Assembly: GCA_038065055.1 (NCBI GenBank) | Contig: JBBTRT010000001.1 | Span: 48,893-112,892 of the forward strand | Length of the DNA stretch: 64,000 nucleotides | Source: Patescibacteria group bacterium | GTDB lineage: Bacteria; Patescibacteriota; Microgenomatia; UBA1400; CG1-02-47-37 | Direction: 5' to 3' | In this document: positions 44,821 through 54,437 of the stretch, piece after piece | How positions within the stretch are numbered: position 1 is the stretch's first letter | Layout: every line of letters starts with the position of its first letter | Made by a program: the position numbers and the translations under genes | Notes under the pieces: model-generated | The model's input: the letters and a program-made list of their open reading frames with translations, nothing else | Told to the model about the DNA's origin: nothing | Databases searched by the model: none

Positions 44821-45558
44821 TTAGCTAGTATACCGGCTGTTGGCTAAATTTTCAAGCAGACAGACAACCGTCACCGGCCCGACGCCTCCGGGAACCGGCG
44901 TAATCGCCCCCGCCACATTTTTCACCACTGCAAAATCCACATCGCCTTTCGGCCAACCCACATCAATCACTGTGGCCCCGGGTTTCACCATTTCCGCAGT
45001 AATTAATTTTTCTCTACCAGTACAACTTATCAAAATATCTGCTTCTCTGGTTTTATTTTTTAAATCTTTATCTCTTGAACTAAGCTCTAATCCCTTTAAT
45101 CTAACCGCTAATTTCCTTCCTACCATCCCTCTCCCCACAACCACTATTTTTTCAGTACCGTTCCGGAACGGTACTGTTTTCAAAATTACCTCAACTGCCC
45201 GCACTGTTGCCTGAATAAAAGGCGAATTCTCTCTAAGTCCATCAACGTCTTTACTTGGCACAATTGTTTCAACCAGCTGAGCCCACTGCTTTTCAAACTC
45301 TTTTCCCCTATACCCAGGCCTCTGAATCATGACTCCCTGGATCAACTCATCTTGATTCCACTCGGTCAATTTCCCCGTATCGCTGCTGGTAATCACCTCT
45401 ATCCCCAAACGCTTGCCTGCCTCTTGTTTTAACCGGCTGTAAACCTGGCCCGCTTGGTCATCTTTAAACACTAAAATTGCCAATTTTGTCCCCGGTTTTA
45501 CCTTTGGCTTTAACTGCGCTTCTTTTTCCCTGGCCAATTTCTCCCCGTCAATAATCAT
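44821..45558 (-). CDS. folD: methylenetetrahydrofolate dehydrogenase/cyclohydrolase (short form)
   Basis: DVDGL, VVVGRGMVGRKLA, ITPVPGGVGPVTVVCLLEN. 245 aa. Contains a 24-bp palindrome. Confidence 0.75.
   Translation of the reverse strand: MIIDGEKLAREKEAQLKPKVKPGTKLAILVFKDDQAGQVYSRLKQEAGKRLGIEVITSSDTGKLTEWNQDELIQGVMIQRPGYRGKEFEKQWAQLVETIVPSKDVDGLRENSPFIQATVRAVEVILKTVPFRNGTEKIVVVGRGMVGRKLAVRLKGLELSSRDKDLKNKTREADILISCTGREKLITAEMVKPGATVIDVGWPKGDVDFAVVKNVAGAITPVPGGVGPVTVVCLLENLANSRYTS
45153..45176. repeat. 24-bp perfect palindrome inside the folD CDS
   Basis: CAGTACCGTTCC|GGAACGGTACTG, translated as ..KTVPFRNGTEK.. Confidence 0.9.
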
Positions 45559-46844
45559 AAACCGGGTAACGGAAATTTTTTGGCAAAAGCGCTGATCTTC
45601 GCCCTTAACCGGGCTAAAGATTTATCCTTCCCTAACCACTCAATCGTCGCTTTTTCATTGGCTAAATTTTTGTCCTTCAGGTAATTAATGACCTGTAAAA
45701 TCCAGCCGCTGATCTGTTGCATTTCCTTTTCTTTCATTCCCCGGGTAGTCAACGCCGGCGTGCCGAAACGCAAACCCGAGGGGTAAAACGGCGAGCCGGT
45801 ATCGTACGGCACCGTATTCCGGTTGGCAATAATGCCGGCTTTTTCCAAAGCCCACGCCACGACCCAGCCGGTTAAACCCACGTTCCTCAAATCCACCAGC
45901 ACCAAATGCTTATCCGTCCCTCCGGATACAATGTTTAATCCGCCTTTTTGCAGTTCGGCCGCCAACACTTTGGCGTTTTTAACAATTTGAAAAGCGTATT
46001 TTTTAAACGCCGGGGTCATCAACTCACTCAAAGCAACGCTGATTCCGGCAATCGTGTGCTCATGAGGCCCGCCCTGCAATCCTGGAAACACGGAAAAATT
46101 AATCTTATCCATCAGCTCAATCCTGCCAATAATCATTGCTCCTCTTGGTCCGCGCAAAGTTTTATGAGTAGTCATCGTCGCCACATCACAATAAGGAAAA
46201 GGTGATGGGTGCGCCCCGGCCGCAATCAACCCGGCTTCATGGGCAATATCCGCCATGTAATACGCGCCGGCTTTTTTGGCAATTTGGGCCAATCGTTTGT
46301 GATTGATTGTTCGCGGGTAAGCCGTTCCCCCGGAAATTATTATCTGTGGCTTAAACTTTAACGCCTGTTTTTCAATTTGGTCATAATCAAACACCAGCGT
46401 CTTTTTATCCACATGATAAAACTCGCTTTTGTAAATTTTACTGGTGATAGAAATCGGTTTGTCCGGTAAATGCCAGCCATGAGTTAAATGCCCGCCGTCA
46501 GGCAAATACATTCCCATCATTCTATCGCCTGGCTTTAAAAGCGCGTTATACACCGCCAAATTTGCCGGCGAACCCGAATACGGCTGCACATTCACGCCCC
46601 ACTTTTTATCATCCAAACCAAACGCTTTTAACGCTCGCTCGCGGCATATTTCCTCCACCTGGTCCACATTTTTATTTCCCTGGTAATACCGTTTTCTGGG
46701 ATATCCCTCAGCATATTTATTCATCAGGCACGACCCGACTGCCTTCATCACGTTGGCTGAGGCGAAATTTTCCGACGGGATCATTTGTAATTGTTCTTTT
46801 TGCCGTTTTTTCTCGGCCGCGATGATTGAAAAAATTTTATCCAT
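45555..46844 (-). CDS. glyA: serine hydroxymethyltransferase
   Basis: LQMIPSENF, the PLP-lysine context TTTHKTLRGPRG, and SGTPALTTRG-like FGTPALTTRG. Confidence 0.9.
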   Translation of the reverse strand: MDKIFSIIAAEKKRQKEQLQMIPSENFASANVMKAVGSCLMNKYAEGYPRKRYYQGNKNVDQVEEICRERALKAFGLDDKKWGVNVQPYSGSPANLAVYNALLKPGDRMMGMYLPDGGHLTHGWHLPDKPISITSKIYKSEFYHVDKKTLVFDYDQIEKQALKFKPQIIISGGTAYPRTINHKRLAQIAKKAGAYYMADIAHEAGLIAAGAHPSPFPYCDVATMTTHKTLRGPRGAMIIGRIELMDKINFSVFPGLQGGPHEHTIAGISVALSELMTPAFKKYAFQIVKNAKVLAAELQKGGLNIVSGGTDKHLVLVDLRNVGLTGWVVAWALEKAGIIANRNTVPYDTGSPFYPSGLRFGTPALTTRGMKEKEMQQISGWILQVINYLKDKNLANEKATIEWLGKDKSLARLRAKISAFAKKFPLPGL

Positions 46845-46927
46845 AATTGCTCCTTAAATTCTAAATCCTAATATCTAAATTCTAAAATTGTGTCTGCCAA
46901 ATCTTAAACCATAATATTAATCATAAC

Positions 46928-48409
46928 TTAAATCGGTAAATCGTCAACCTCAAAAACATGCAATAAATCATCCGGAAAAGGTGCATGCTGCCGCAACAAA
47001 GGTAATCGATTGGCTGTCACAATTTTGTCATATAATTGAGACAAATTTCCTGCAGGTATAACCTTTATCGCTGATTTTTTCTGCATTAACTCTATCGCTG
47101 AATGTCTTTGACGCTCTAACCCAAATAATGCTACTAGTAATTTTTCTCCTTTCATTTTAACCACGCTTTCTGAAATCCCAACCGCCTCTCGAAAATACTC
47201 ATCCCATAATGAGTTAGCATATTCATCAAATTTTCTATTGACTAGGCTAAAATCCCTACTCGCTAATGATTCAGTAATCATTACTGCATATTCCCATTTT
47301 CTAGTCATTGATGCTCCCAACCATTCAACCGCAAAACCGCTCATTCCTTCTGCCCGATAATCACGGATAAACTCAAACATAATTCTGTCTAAATCAGTAG
47401 TGAAATCTCTTTCATTTGGTTTATATCCTGGGGCTAAAAACTTTTCCAATTTAGCCATATGTAATTTAATATCGCTTTCACAAAAAGGTCTATTCTGATC
47501 AGTAAATAAAGTTCGCAATATTGCTAAAAATGGCGGCACCATGGAATCGCGTTTATCAGCACTATAAACATCCCGTAATAACAACCTTGCCATAAATATA
47601 TCTTGCTTCTCCTTCAAGCTAACATCAATTTTTTCCAAAGACCCCCCGGATTGTTTTAATAACCTTTCAGTCTCTTCCAATAATGGAAAGTGTCTAAAAG
47701 CATCTGGATATCTTTCCAACACGCCCTGAATAGACACTTCTCCTTCTTTATTGAGGCCATCCCGGAGTGGATAAGAATGATTATAAATTGCATAAAAAAC
47801 TAATTTTTCTACCCTTTCATCAATCGCTACTCCCTGTAAACGCATGGCTCTCACCACTCCGGCCGCATTAACTGCTCCTAAATGAGCATGAACTTCTTTA
47901 ATGTTGTCTAATGAACTCTCTTCTCTTAAAGCATCAATTTCTGCATGATCGTGCAACACTCCCATCTCTCCGGCAATAACAAAATCCCGCAAATCATTAA
48001 CCGGCAAATTTACTACATCCGTTGTGTATGGTAATAAGGCACGAAAATTATTTCCATAACGATTTAAATGAGATGCTCCATGATCCATATTACCCGGATC
48101 ATTAATTTTCGCCTGTAAACGAGGAGACGTAAAATTATGCAAAGCCAAATTGCCATCGTACCAAGCCGCCGGGATAATTTCAGTCAACAATCGTATTTTT
48201 TTATCAACAATTTCCCGAGCCTTTTGATTGTGCCTTCTATCCCAATCAGAATGATTAACCCCTGCAGGTATGACTAATGTTGTTAATGGCAATAAAAAAG
48301 AATTTTCATAAATTTTTGAAATAGTTTGCCTAGGAACTTCACCATTTGTATCCAAACCCATTTCACCTAATTTTACTAACCTACTTTCTGATTCAAACCC
48401 TGCCATCAC
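46928..48409 (-). CDS. hypothetical protein, possible HD-domain phosphohydrolase
   Basis: The spacing of GASHLNRYG ... GVLHDHAEID is suggestive of an H..HD motif. 493 aa. Weak. Confidence 0.35.
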   Translation of the reverse strand: MMAGFESESRLVKLGEMGLDTNGEVPRQTISKIYENSFLLPLTTLVIPAGVNHSDWDRRHNQKAREIVDKKIRLLTEIIPAAWYDGNLALHNFTSPRLQAKINDPGNMDHGASHLNRYGNNFRALLPYTTDVVNLPVNDLRDFVIAGEMGVLHDHAEIDALREESSLDNIKEVHAHLGAVNAAGVVRAMRLQGVAIDERVEKLVFYAIYNHSYPLRDGLNKEGEVSIQGVLERYPDAFRHFPLLEETERLLKQSGGSLEKIDVSLKEKQDIFMARLLLRDVYSADKRDSMVPPFLAILRTLFTDQNRPFCESDIKLHMAKLEKFLAPGYKPNERDFTTDLDRIMFEFIRDYRAEGMSGFAVEWLGASMTRKWEYAVMITESLASRDFSLVNRKFDEYANSLWDEYFREAVGISESVVKMKGEKLLVALFGLERQRHSAIELMQKKSAIKVIPAGNLSQLYDKIVTANRLPLLRQHAPFPDDLLHVFEVDDLPI

Positions 48410-48415
48410 CCGGCA

Positions 48416-49042
48416 TTATAACCGAATTTTCTTGAGTAAATCAACTTCAATCTCCGGCAAACTTAATTCCCCGTTCACTGAGACTACCTTAATCCCTTTG
48501 CGTTTTAATTTTTCTTTTAACTTTTCCAAACCCCTGTCTATTCGGCTTAAATAAACCGGATTGTAATACTTTAGTTCAAATCCCCGGCCGCGCTGTTTAA
48601 TGCGTTTCATCAGCGTTTCCACCGGGCATTCTAAAGCCACCACCACAGAACTCGTAAATAAGCTAATCGCGATTTTATCAAACAACCGGCGGTACAACTG
48701 CCACTCTTCTTTAGTCATATTGCCGGATAAATAATGTCCATTAGTGTACGCCCAGCTCATCAATAGCCCCGAATCCACCACCAGCAACCGGTCTTTTTTT
48801 TCTTTTAAATATTTTTTCACCAACACCACCCGCTCCAAAGTCAGCCACAGTTCATTTGCCAACGCCCACCGCTTAGTATCATTCAAATATAATTCCCTGA
48901 ACGGATCCACGGTTTGGAATAAATTATCGGCAAACACGGTCTTGGCTTTTAATTCCTGGGCTAAAATCGGCACCAAGGTGGTTTTCCCGGAACCGATATT
49001 GCCGATGACCGTAATCATGGCTGCTTTTTTCATCATTCCCAC
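48416..49042 (-). CDS. deoxynucleoside kinase
   Basis: P-loop VIGNIGSGKTTL, ERV..(DRS-like) and an arginine-rich lid RIKQRGRGFE. Confidence 0.7.
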   Translation of the reverse strand: MGMMKKAAMITVIGNIGSGKTTLVPILAQELKAKTVFADNLFQTVDPFRELYLNDTKRWALANELWLTLERVVLVKKYLKEKKDRLLVVDSGLLMSWAYTNGHYLSGNMTKEEWQLYRRLFDKIAISLFTSSVVVALECPVETLMKRIKQRGRGFELKYYNPVYLSRIDRGLEKLKEKLKRKGIKVVSVNGELSLPEIEVDLLKKIRL

Positions 49043-50538
49043 TCCATTGTTGCCGGCGGCTTGGTGGTAATATCGTAAACCACCCGGTTGATGCCCGGAA
49101 CTTCGTTAACAATTCTGGTCGAAACTTTAGCTAATAATTCATAAGGCAAACGGGTCCAATCGGCGGTCATGGCATCAACGCTGGTTAAAGACCGGATGGC
49201 AATCATCTCATCCCAGCTCCGGCCGTCGCCCTTGATCCCGGTGGTTGGCAAAGGCACATAAATCGCTTGCGTCACCCAAATCCCATCCGGCAATTTAAAC
49301 TTTCTCGCCTCCTCTTGTAAAATCTCTTCCGCCTGACGCAAACGCGCTAGCCGCTGCCGGGTCACTTCACCGCGGATCCGGACTGCCAAACCCGGACCGG
49401 GAAAGGGTTGACGATTAATCAAGGTTGGCGGTAATTTTAATTTTTTGGCTATCAGCCGAACTTCGTCTTTATATAAATCCCTTAGTGGCTCAATTAACTT
49501 AAAGTTCATTTTTTCCGGCAGGCCACCGACGTTATGGTGGGATTTAATTGTCTCGGCCGCATCGTGCCGCTTGGCCGACTCGATCACATCTGGATATATT
49601 GTTCCTTGAACTAACCACTTTGCTTGCCATTTTTTCGCCTCTTTTTCAAAAATCCGGATAAATAACTCCCCGATTATTTTCCGTTTCTTTTCCGGATCAG
49701 TTATTCCCTCTAAGGCATTTAAAAATTGCTCTTCGGCCTTAATGACAATTAATGACTTGCCAAAAGCTTTTTTAATTTGTTCGGTTTCTCCGGAGCGCAT
49801 TAACCCGGTGTCCACATACACATTTCTTAACTGTTTACCAATTGCCCGATATACAATCGCCGCCGCGGTCGCTGAATCTACCCCGCCGGACAAACCGCAA
49901 ATCACCCTATCTTTTCCTGCCGCCGCTTTAATTAATTGAAGTTGATTGTTTAAATAATTAAAGTGATTCCAAGACTTCTTTGCCTTGACAATTTTAAACA
50001 GCCAATTAGCTAAAATCTTCATTCCATTTCTAGTGTGGACCACTTCCGGATGAAACTGAACGGCAAACAAATTTTCTTTTTCCATCGCGGCATTGACTAC
50101 ATCCCGTGACGAAGCGATATTGACAAATCCGGGCGGCAATTTTAAAACCTGATCGCCGTGGCTCATTAACACCAGTTGCTTACCAAGGCATCCCTGAAAT
50201 AAAGTTGATTTTTTTAAATTACCGATTACTACCCCGAATTCTTTGGCTTTGCCTTTGCCGACTTTACCACCCAATAGTTTGCCCATTAACTGCATCCCGT
50301 AACAAATTCCTAAAACCGGAACGTCTAATTCCAAAATCCTTTTATCTATCTTCGGCGAATCGGGTAAATTCACAAAACTCGGGCCGCCGGACAAAATAAT
50401 CCCTTCCAAACCTGCGTTTTCGATACGCTCGAGCGTTGCCCAAACATAGGATTTGACTTCGCAGGCCACTCCTAATTCCCTTATCCGCCTGGCAATTAAA
50501 TGGCAAGTCTGTCCGCCAAAATCAATCACCGCAATCAT
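49033..50538 (-). CDS. guaA: GMP synthase (glutamine-hydrolysing)
   Basis: GATase Cys context LGICYGMQ, PP-loop GLSGGVDS and the C-terminal PPATMEWE. Confidence 0.9.
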   Translation of the reverse strand: MIAVIDFGGQTCHLIARRIRELGVACEVKSYVWATLERIENAGLEGIILSGGPSFVNLPDSPKIDKRILELDVPVLGICYGMQLMGKLLGGKVGKGKAKEFGVVIGNLKKSTLFQGCLGKQLVLMSHGDQVLKLPPGFVNIASSRDVVNAAMEKENLFAVQFHPEVVHTRNGMKILANWLFKIVKAKKSWNHFNYLNNQLQLIKAAAGKDRVICGLSGGVDSATAAAIVYRAIGKQLRNVYVDTGLMRSGETEQIKKAFGKSLIVIKAEEQFLNALEGITDPEKKRKIIGELFIRIFEKEAKKWQAKWLVQGTIYPDVIESAKRHDAAETIKSHHNVGGLPEKMNFKLIEPLRDLYKDEVRLIAKKLKLPPTLINRQPFPGPGLAVRIRGEVTRQRLARLRQAEEILQEEARKFKLPDGIWVTQAIYVPLPTTGIKGDGRSWDEMIAIRSLTSVDAMTADWTRLPYELLAKVSTRIVNEVPGINRVVYDITTKPPATMEWE

Positions 50539-51134
50539 AATAGTTCCACCTTATCACCAACTCCGAGATTTTTCACCCGGACACAACTAAATACTTTTAC
50601 TCCCAATTTGGCCACCCGCTCCAACCCTCCCTGCCACACTTTATCAAATAAAACCGCGAACCCCGCCACCTTTACCCCCCGAGCCTGCAAACCGCTGATA
50701 ATCCTTTCCCCGGTTTCGCCTTTGGCACACACATCATCCAAAATTAGCACCCGGTCGCCTTTTTTCACAAACGATAAATTAATCCCGGAAAAAACATCCA
50801 TCCCTCCCAGACTGGCGGTAAACGACCGCACTTCCTGGCGATAAACATCTTTCCAGGCCGCCGGAATATTCTGGTCTTTCCTGGAACTGTGCAACCTAAC
50901 CTTATCACCCAATTTTAAGGCTACCGCCGTCGCTAAATAATTACCCGAATGAGGAATGCCATGGACCGTGTCAATTTTGTCTTTTTGAAAATGCTTGGCA
51001 ATTAGCTCCGCCGCTACTGCCAATACCCGCGGCTTCATCCGCAAATTAAACGCTGACACGGAAATATACCCCTTGTCTTTATCAATTACCCTGGCTTCCC
51101 GAAGAAACTCTTGCTTTAACCAATTCAACTCCAT
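50535..51134 (-). CDS. type I phosphoribosyltransferase (purine PRT-like)
   Basis: PRPP-binding motif VLILDDVCAKGETG. Confidence 0.6.
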   Translation of the reverse strand: MELNWLKQEFLREARVIDKDKGYISVSAFNLRMKPRVLAVAAELIAKHFQKDKIDTVHGIPHSGNYLATAVALKLGDKVRLHSSRKDQNIPAAWKDVYRQEVRSFTASLGGMDVFSGINLSFVKKGDRVLILDDVCAKGETGERIISGLQARGVKVAGFAVLFDKVWQGGLERVAKLGVKVFSCVRVKNLGVGDKVELL

Positions 51135-51164
51135 GTTTAATTATAGATTAAACAACAGTTTTAA

Positions 51165-51275
51165 TCAATACTCTTCGCCTGTTTGAGTCTCAGGGGGAAT
51201 AGGTGGATTAGGTTCAGGAATCTGATCAATCGGCGGAATTGGTAATGGTTCTGGAGTTTGCATTTCAGGTATCAT
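51165..51275 (-). CDS. candidate 36-aa Pro-rich small ORF (not in ORF track)
   Basis: My own translation: MIPEMQTPEPLPIPPIDQIPEPNPPIPPETQTGEEY. Preceded by GAGAGGAAAAGA (SD-like). Lies 30 nt upstream of the PRT gene. Confidence 0.25.
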   Translation of the reverse strand: MIPEMQTPEPLPIPPIDQIPEPNPPIPPETQTGEEY

Positions 51276-51307
51276 TCTTTTCCTCTCTGCCCTGGCGTTT
51301 TGCCAAT

Positions 51308-51332
51308 AAAAAAAGGGCCTTTTCTTAGCCCT
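51308..51332 (-). terminator. weak Rho-independent terminator after the guaB-like gene
   Basis: Minus strand: AGGGC-9 nt loop-GCCCT followed by TTTTTT(T). The stem is only 5 bp. Confidence 0.35.
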
Positions 51333-51359
51333 AATATCCTTAAAATAACCGATTATTTT

Positions 51360-52409
51360 TTACCTGTCAAGCAGTACAAGGCTATGCGGCTTAGATTCCG
51401 CCAGCCCCGCCGGAGAAATCCTGATAAATTTCGCTTTTTGCCTCAGCTCCTGTAAATTCTTCGCCCCCAAATACGCCATCCCTGACCGCAAACCCCCCAT
51501 TAGTTGGAAAATCACCTCTTCTAATTTCCCTTTATATTCCACTAATCCTTCCACCCCTTCCGCTACCAATTTCTTGGCGGTTTTCTCCTGGCCGTATCGC
51601 TCCGCGCTGCCAAACTTCATTGCCCCAACTGACCCCATCCCCCGGTAAGTTTTATATTTCTTGCCCCTGATCGCCACAATTTTTCCCGGCGCTTCGTCAG
51701 TTCCGGCCAAAAGCGACCCCAGCATCACGCAATCTGCCCCGGCCGCCAAGGCTTTAACAATATCCCCGCTGGTTTTAATCCCCCCATCGGCAATAATCAT
51801 TTTATTTTTAAATTCTTTCCCTGCCCGCACCCCCTCCATGACCGCGGTTAACTGCGGCACGCCCATGCCGGACATAATCCTGGTGGTACAGATCGACCCC
51901 GGTCCCATCCCGACTTTCACCGCGCTAGCCCCGGCTTTAAATAACGCCTTCGCCCCCTCGTAAGTGGCCGTATTGCCGGCAATTATCTCTATCACCGGGT
52001 AATTTGCCTTAATCCATTTAATCGCTTCAATGACGTGTTTGGTGTGACCGTGGGCGCTATCAAGGCAAATTTCCTCAGCCCCGATTTTAACTAACGCCTT
52101 CACCCGCTCGCTAAAATCCGCTCCCACGCCGACTGCCGCTCCGGCTTTAATCCCTTTTTTCAAAACATATTTTAACTGCCCGGCTTGCTTGCCGATGCTT
52201 AAGTTCCGGTGAATTATTCCATACCCGCCTAACTTACCCAGCGCTACGGCCATCTCTTTTTCGCACACCGTATCCATCGGCGAGGCCGCCACCGGAAGCT
52301 TCAACTTAATCTTCTCTGTTAACTTGCCTACGAGGTCCGTCCTCGTAGGCGTTACCTCAGAATACTGGGGCAATAATAAAACGTCATCGTAAGTTAAATA
52401 AGTTTTCAT
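51360..52409 (-). CDS. IMP dehydrogenase/GMP reductase family protein lacking the CBS subdomain
   Basis: Catalytic loop GMGPGSICTTR, IADGGI, GSLLAGT. 349 aa. Confidence 0.8.
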   Translation of the reverse strand: MKTYLTYDDVLLLPQYSEVTPTRTDLVGKLTEKIKLKLPVAASPMDTVCEKEMAVALGKLGGYGIIHRNLSIGKQAGQLKYVLKKGIKAGAAVGVGADFSERVKALVKIGAEEICLDSAHGHTKHVIEAIKWIKANYPVIEIIAGNTATYEGAKALFKAGASAVKVGMGPGSICTTRIMSGMGVPQLTAVMEGVRAGKEFKNKMIIADGGIKTSGDIVKALAAGADCVMLGSLLAGTDEAPGKIVAIRGKKYKTYRGMGSVGAMKFGSAERYGQEKTAKKLVAEGVEGLVEYKGKLEEVIFQLMGGLRSGMAYLGAKNLQELRQKAKFIRISPAGLAESKPHSLVLLDR

Positions 52410-53392
52410 AAAATAAAGCTGGCTTTTTTCGCTGTCTGATTGGCCGCCAGTAACTGTTTTTCCGTTAAAATATGATTAACAAACAGCCGCCTAAACTCCT
52501 CTTTTAAATTCACCTGCTGCATCTCCGGTCCATCGGTATTAATGGTAAATTTCACTCCATATTCCAACAAACTGGCAAAAATATTTTTAAACTGCCGGTA
52601 ATCCTTCACCGCCCGGGTATTTAAATTAGAAGTCGGGCAAATTTCCAGGACCGTCTTACTTTTGGCCAAATACCGCATTAATTTTTTATCCTGGACGCAG
52701 GCAATCCCGTGGCCGATCCTATCAGGCTTAAGCTCCCTTACTACCTGCCACATCTCCTGTACGTCCGGCGTTTCCCCAGTATGGATCGTTACTCCCAAGC
52801 CCGCCGCTTTTGCTTCGCTCACTAACCCCTTGATCATCTTCGCCTTAATCGCCCCGGTATACGGTCCGGCCAGATCAATCCCGACTACCCCGCGGTTTTT
52901 ATACTTAATCGCCTTGGCCACGATAATTTTATTTAAATTAACTGACAGACGCCGGTCCAGGCACAAAATCACGCCGGCTCTTACCGGGTATTTTAAACAC
53001 GCCCGCTCCAATCCCTGCAGCGAAAACACAATCGTGTGGTCCAAATCCCGCTCGCCCCGGCGATTACGGAAAATCGGGTTATAACGCAGTTCCAAAGTCG
53101 TAATGTTATTTTTTCTAAAAGCGCCCGACACCGCTGTTTCCATGGCCGTAAACATCGCTTCCGGCGAAGATTGAATTAATTCCGTCAACTCAAATTTTTT
53201 TAAATAATCTTCCAAATTCTCTTTGTGCTGCAGCGTAATCAGCTTCTCAAATTCCCAATAATCTTTCGTCGGCAATTTAATTCCCTGATTATGCGCCATT
53301 TCCCACAGCATCGTCGGCGAAACGCTGGCCCCCACGTGAGTGTGTAGTTCGGTTAATTCTACCCCGTCCAAAAACTTTATATCTGATCCCAT
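52406..53392 (-). CDS. add: adenosine deaminase family protein
   Basis: ELHTHVGAS, TIHTGE, RIGHGI, EICPTSN, INTDGP metal and catalytic motifs. Confidence 0.75.
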   Translation of the reverse strand: MGSDIKFLDGVELTELHTHVGASVSPTMLWEMAHNQGIKLPTKDYWEFEKLITLQHKENLEDYLKKFELTELIQSSPEAMFTAMETAVSGAFRKNNITTLELRYNPIFRNRRGERDLDHTIVFSLQGLERACLKYPVRAGVILCLDRRLSVNLNKIIVAKAIKYKNRGVVGIDLAGPYTGAIKAKMIKGLVSEAKAAGLGVTIHTGETPDVQEMWQVVRELKPDRIGHGIACVQDKKLMRYLAKSKTVLEICPTSNLNTRAVKDYRQFKNIFASLLEYGVKFTINTDGPEMQQVNLKEEFRRLFVNHILTEKQLLAANQTAKKASFIL

Positions 53393-53403
53393 AGACTATT
53401 ATA

Positions 53404-54294
53404 TCAAATTCCAATTTCCTGGGCAATCATCCTGGCCACACTGATTACTTTCAGCTTTTTAGAATCAGATTTAGGCTCCACCGTATCCGTTACCATAATT
53501 TGGTTAATTACGCTTTGATCTAACTTTTCCTGAGCCCCTTTTACATACAAATGATGAGTCGCGCAAACATCGATTTTTCCAACGCCATTTTCCTGTAAAA
53601 ATTTCACCGCCGCCACTAACGTCCCGCCGGTGGAAATTAAATCATCTTTAATTAAAATATGCTTGCCTTTAACCGGCTCACTAATACTTTTGTAAACCAC
53701 TTTGCCGGTCACTAAATCCCTGATTTTATTCATATAAATTACCGGTACGCCCCCCAAATCATCGCTGAATCTTTCCGAGGACTTAACCGAACCGGCATCC
53801 ACCGCCGCGATCACGGTTTTAGTAGTTACTAATTTGGCGCAATATTCCCGGAATACCTGCCGACCGGACAGATTGACCACCGGCACTTCAAAAAATCCCG
53901 GAATCGCCAAATTGTGCAAATCAAAAGTAATCACTTTATCCAAGGGCACCACCTGCAGCATTTTGGCAATTACTTTGACTGACAACGGCTCCCCGGGCCG
54001 GAAAACTTTATCCTGTTTGGAATAACCCAACCAGGGAATCACCGCTATAATCCGTTTCACCCCCAAACGCCGGAGCGCATCCGCTATCAGGCAAAACTCA
54101 ACTAAATTCCGGTCGGTTGGCTCGGATAATGATTGGACTAAAACCGCTTTTTTGCCCGGATTTCTTTCATTGACCCACACCCGCACTTCATCATTGCTAA
54201 ATCGGGACAATTCCATCTTCCCTAATCTCGTTCCCAATTCTTTCGCTAATTTTTTGGCTAAAGTTTGGTTGGACGAACCGGAAAAAACTAACAT
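53404..54294 (-). CDS. prs: ribose-phosphate pyrophosphokinase
   Basis: FSNDEVRV, PWLGYSKQD, and the PRPP loop ILIKDDLISTGGTL. Confidence 0.9.
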   Translation of the reverse strand: MLVFSGSSNQTLAKKLAKELGTRLGKMELSRFSNDEVRVWVNERNPGKKAVLVQSLSEPTDRNLVEFCLIADALRRLGVKRIIAVIPWLGYSKQDKVFRPGEPLSVKVIAKMLQVVPLDKVITFDLHNLAIPGFFEVPVVNLSGRQVFREYCAKLVTTKTVIAAVDAGSVKSSERFSDDLGGVPVIYMNKIRDLVTGKVVYKSISEPVKGKHILIKDDLISTGGTLVAAVKFLQENGVGKIDVCATHHLYVKGAQEKLDQSVINQIMVTDTVEPKSDSKKLKVISVARMIAQEIGI

Positions 54295-54297
54295 AAA

Positions 54298-54435
54298 TTA
54301 TTTTATCACTACTTTATTTTCTACTAGCATTTTCTTAACTGCTTCGCAAATAAATTTACTAATTTCTCCACGTTTTAATTTTCTTTTCAGCTTATTGTAT
54401 ATTTCTTTTGGTAAATCTATTGTTAATTTTTTCAT
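54298..54435 (-). CDS. candidate 45-aa ribbon-helix-helix (CopG/Arc-like) protein (not in ORF track)
   Basis: My own translation: MKKLTIDLPKEIYNKLKRKLKRGEISKFICEAVKKMLVENKVVIK, a beta-strand/helix/helix pattern. Fills the gap between the brnA-like gene and prs exactly. Confidence 0.45.
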   Translation of the reverse strand: MKKLTIDLPKEIYNKLKRKLKRGEISKFICEAVKKMLVENKVVIK

Positions 54436-54437
54436 TG

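Noticed and set aside
51258-51455. ORF 51258-51455 (+) in the guaB-PRT spacer.
   Set aside because: It overlaps the 3' end of the guaB-like gene antisense and crosses the terminator hairpin. The minus-strand Pro-rich mini-ORF is the better, though still weak, candidate in this gap.
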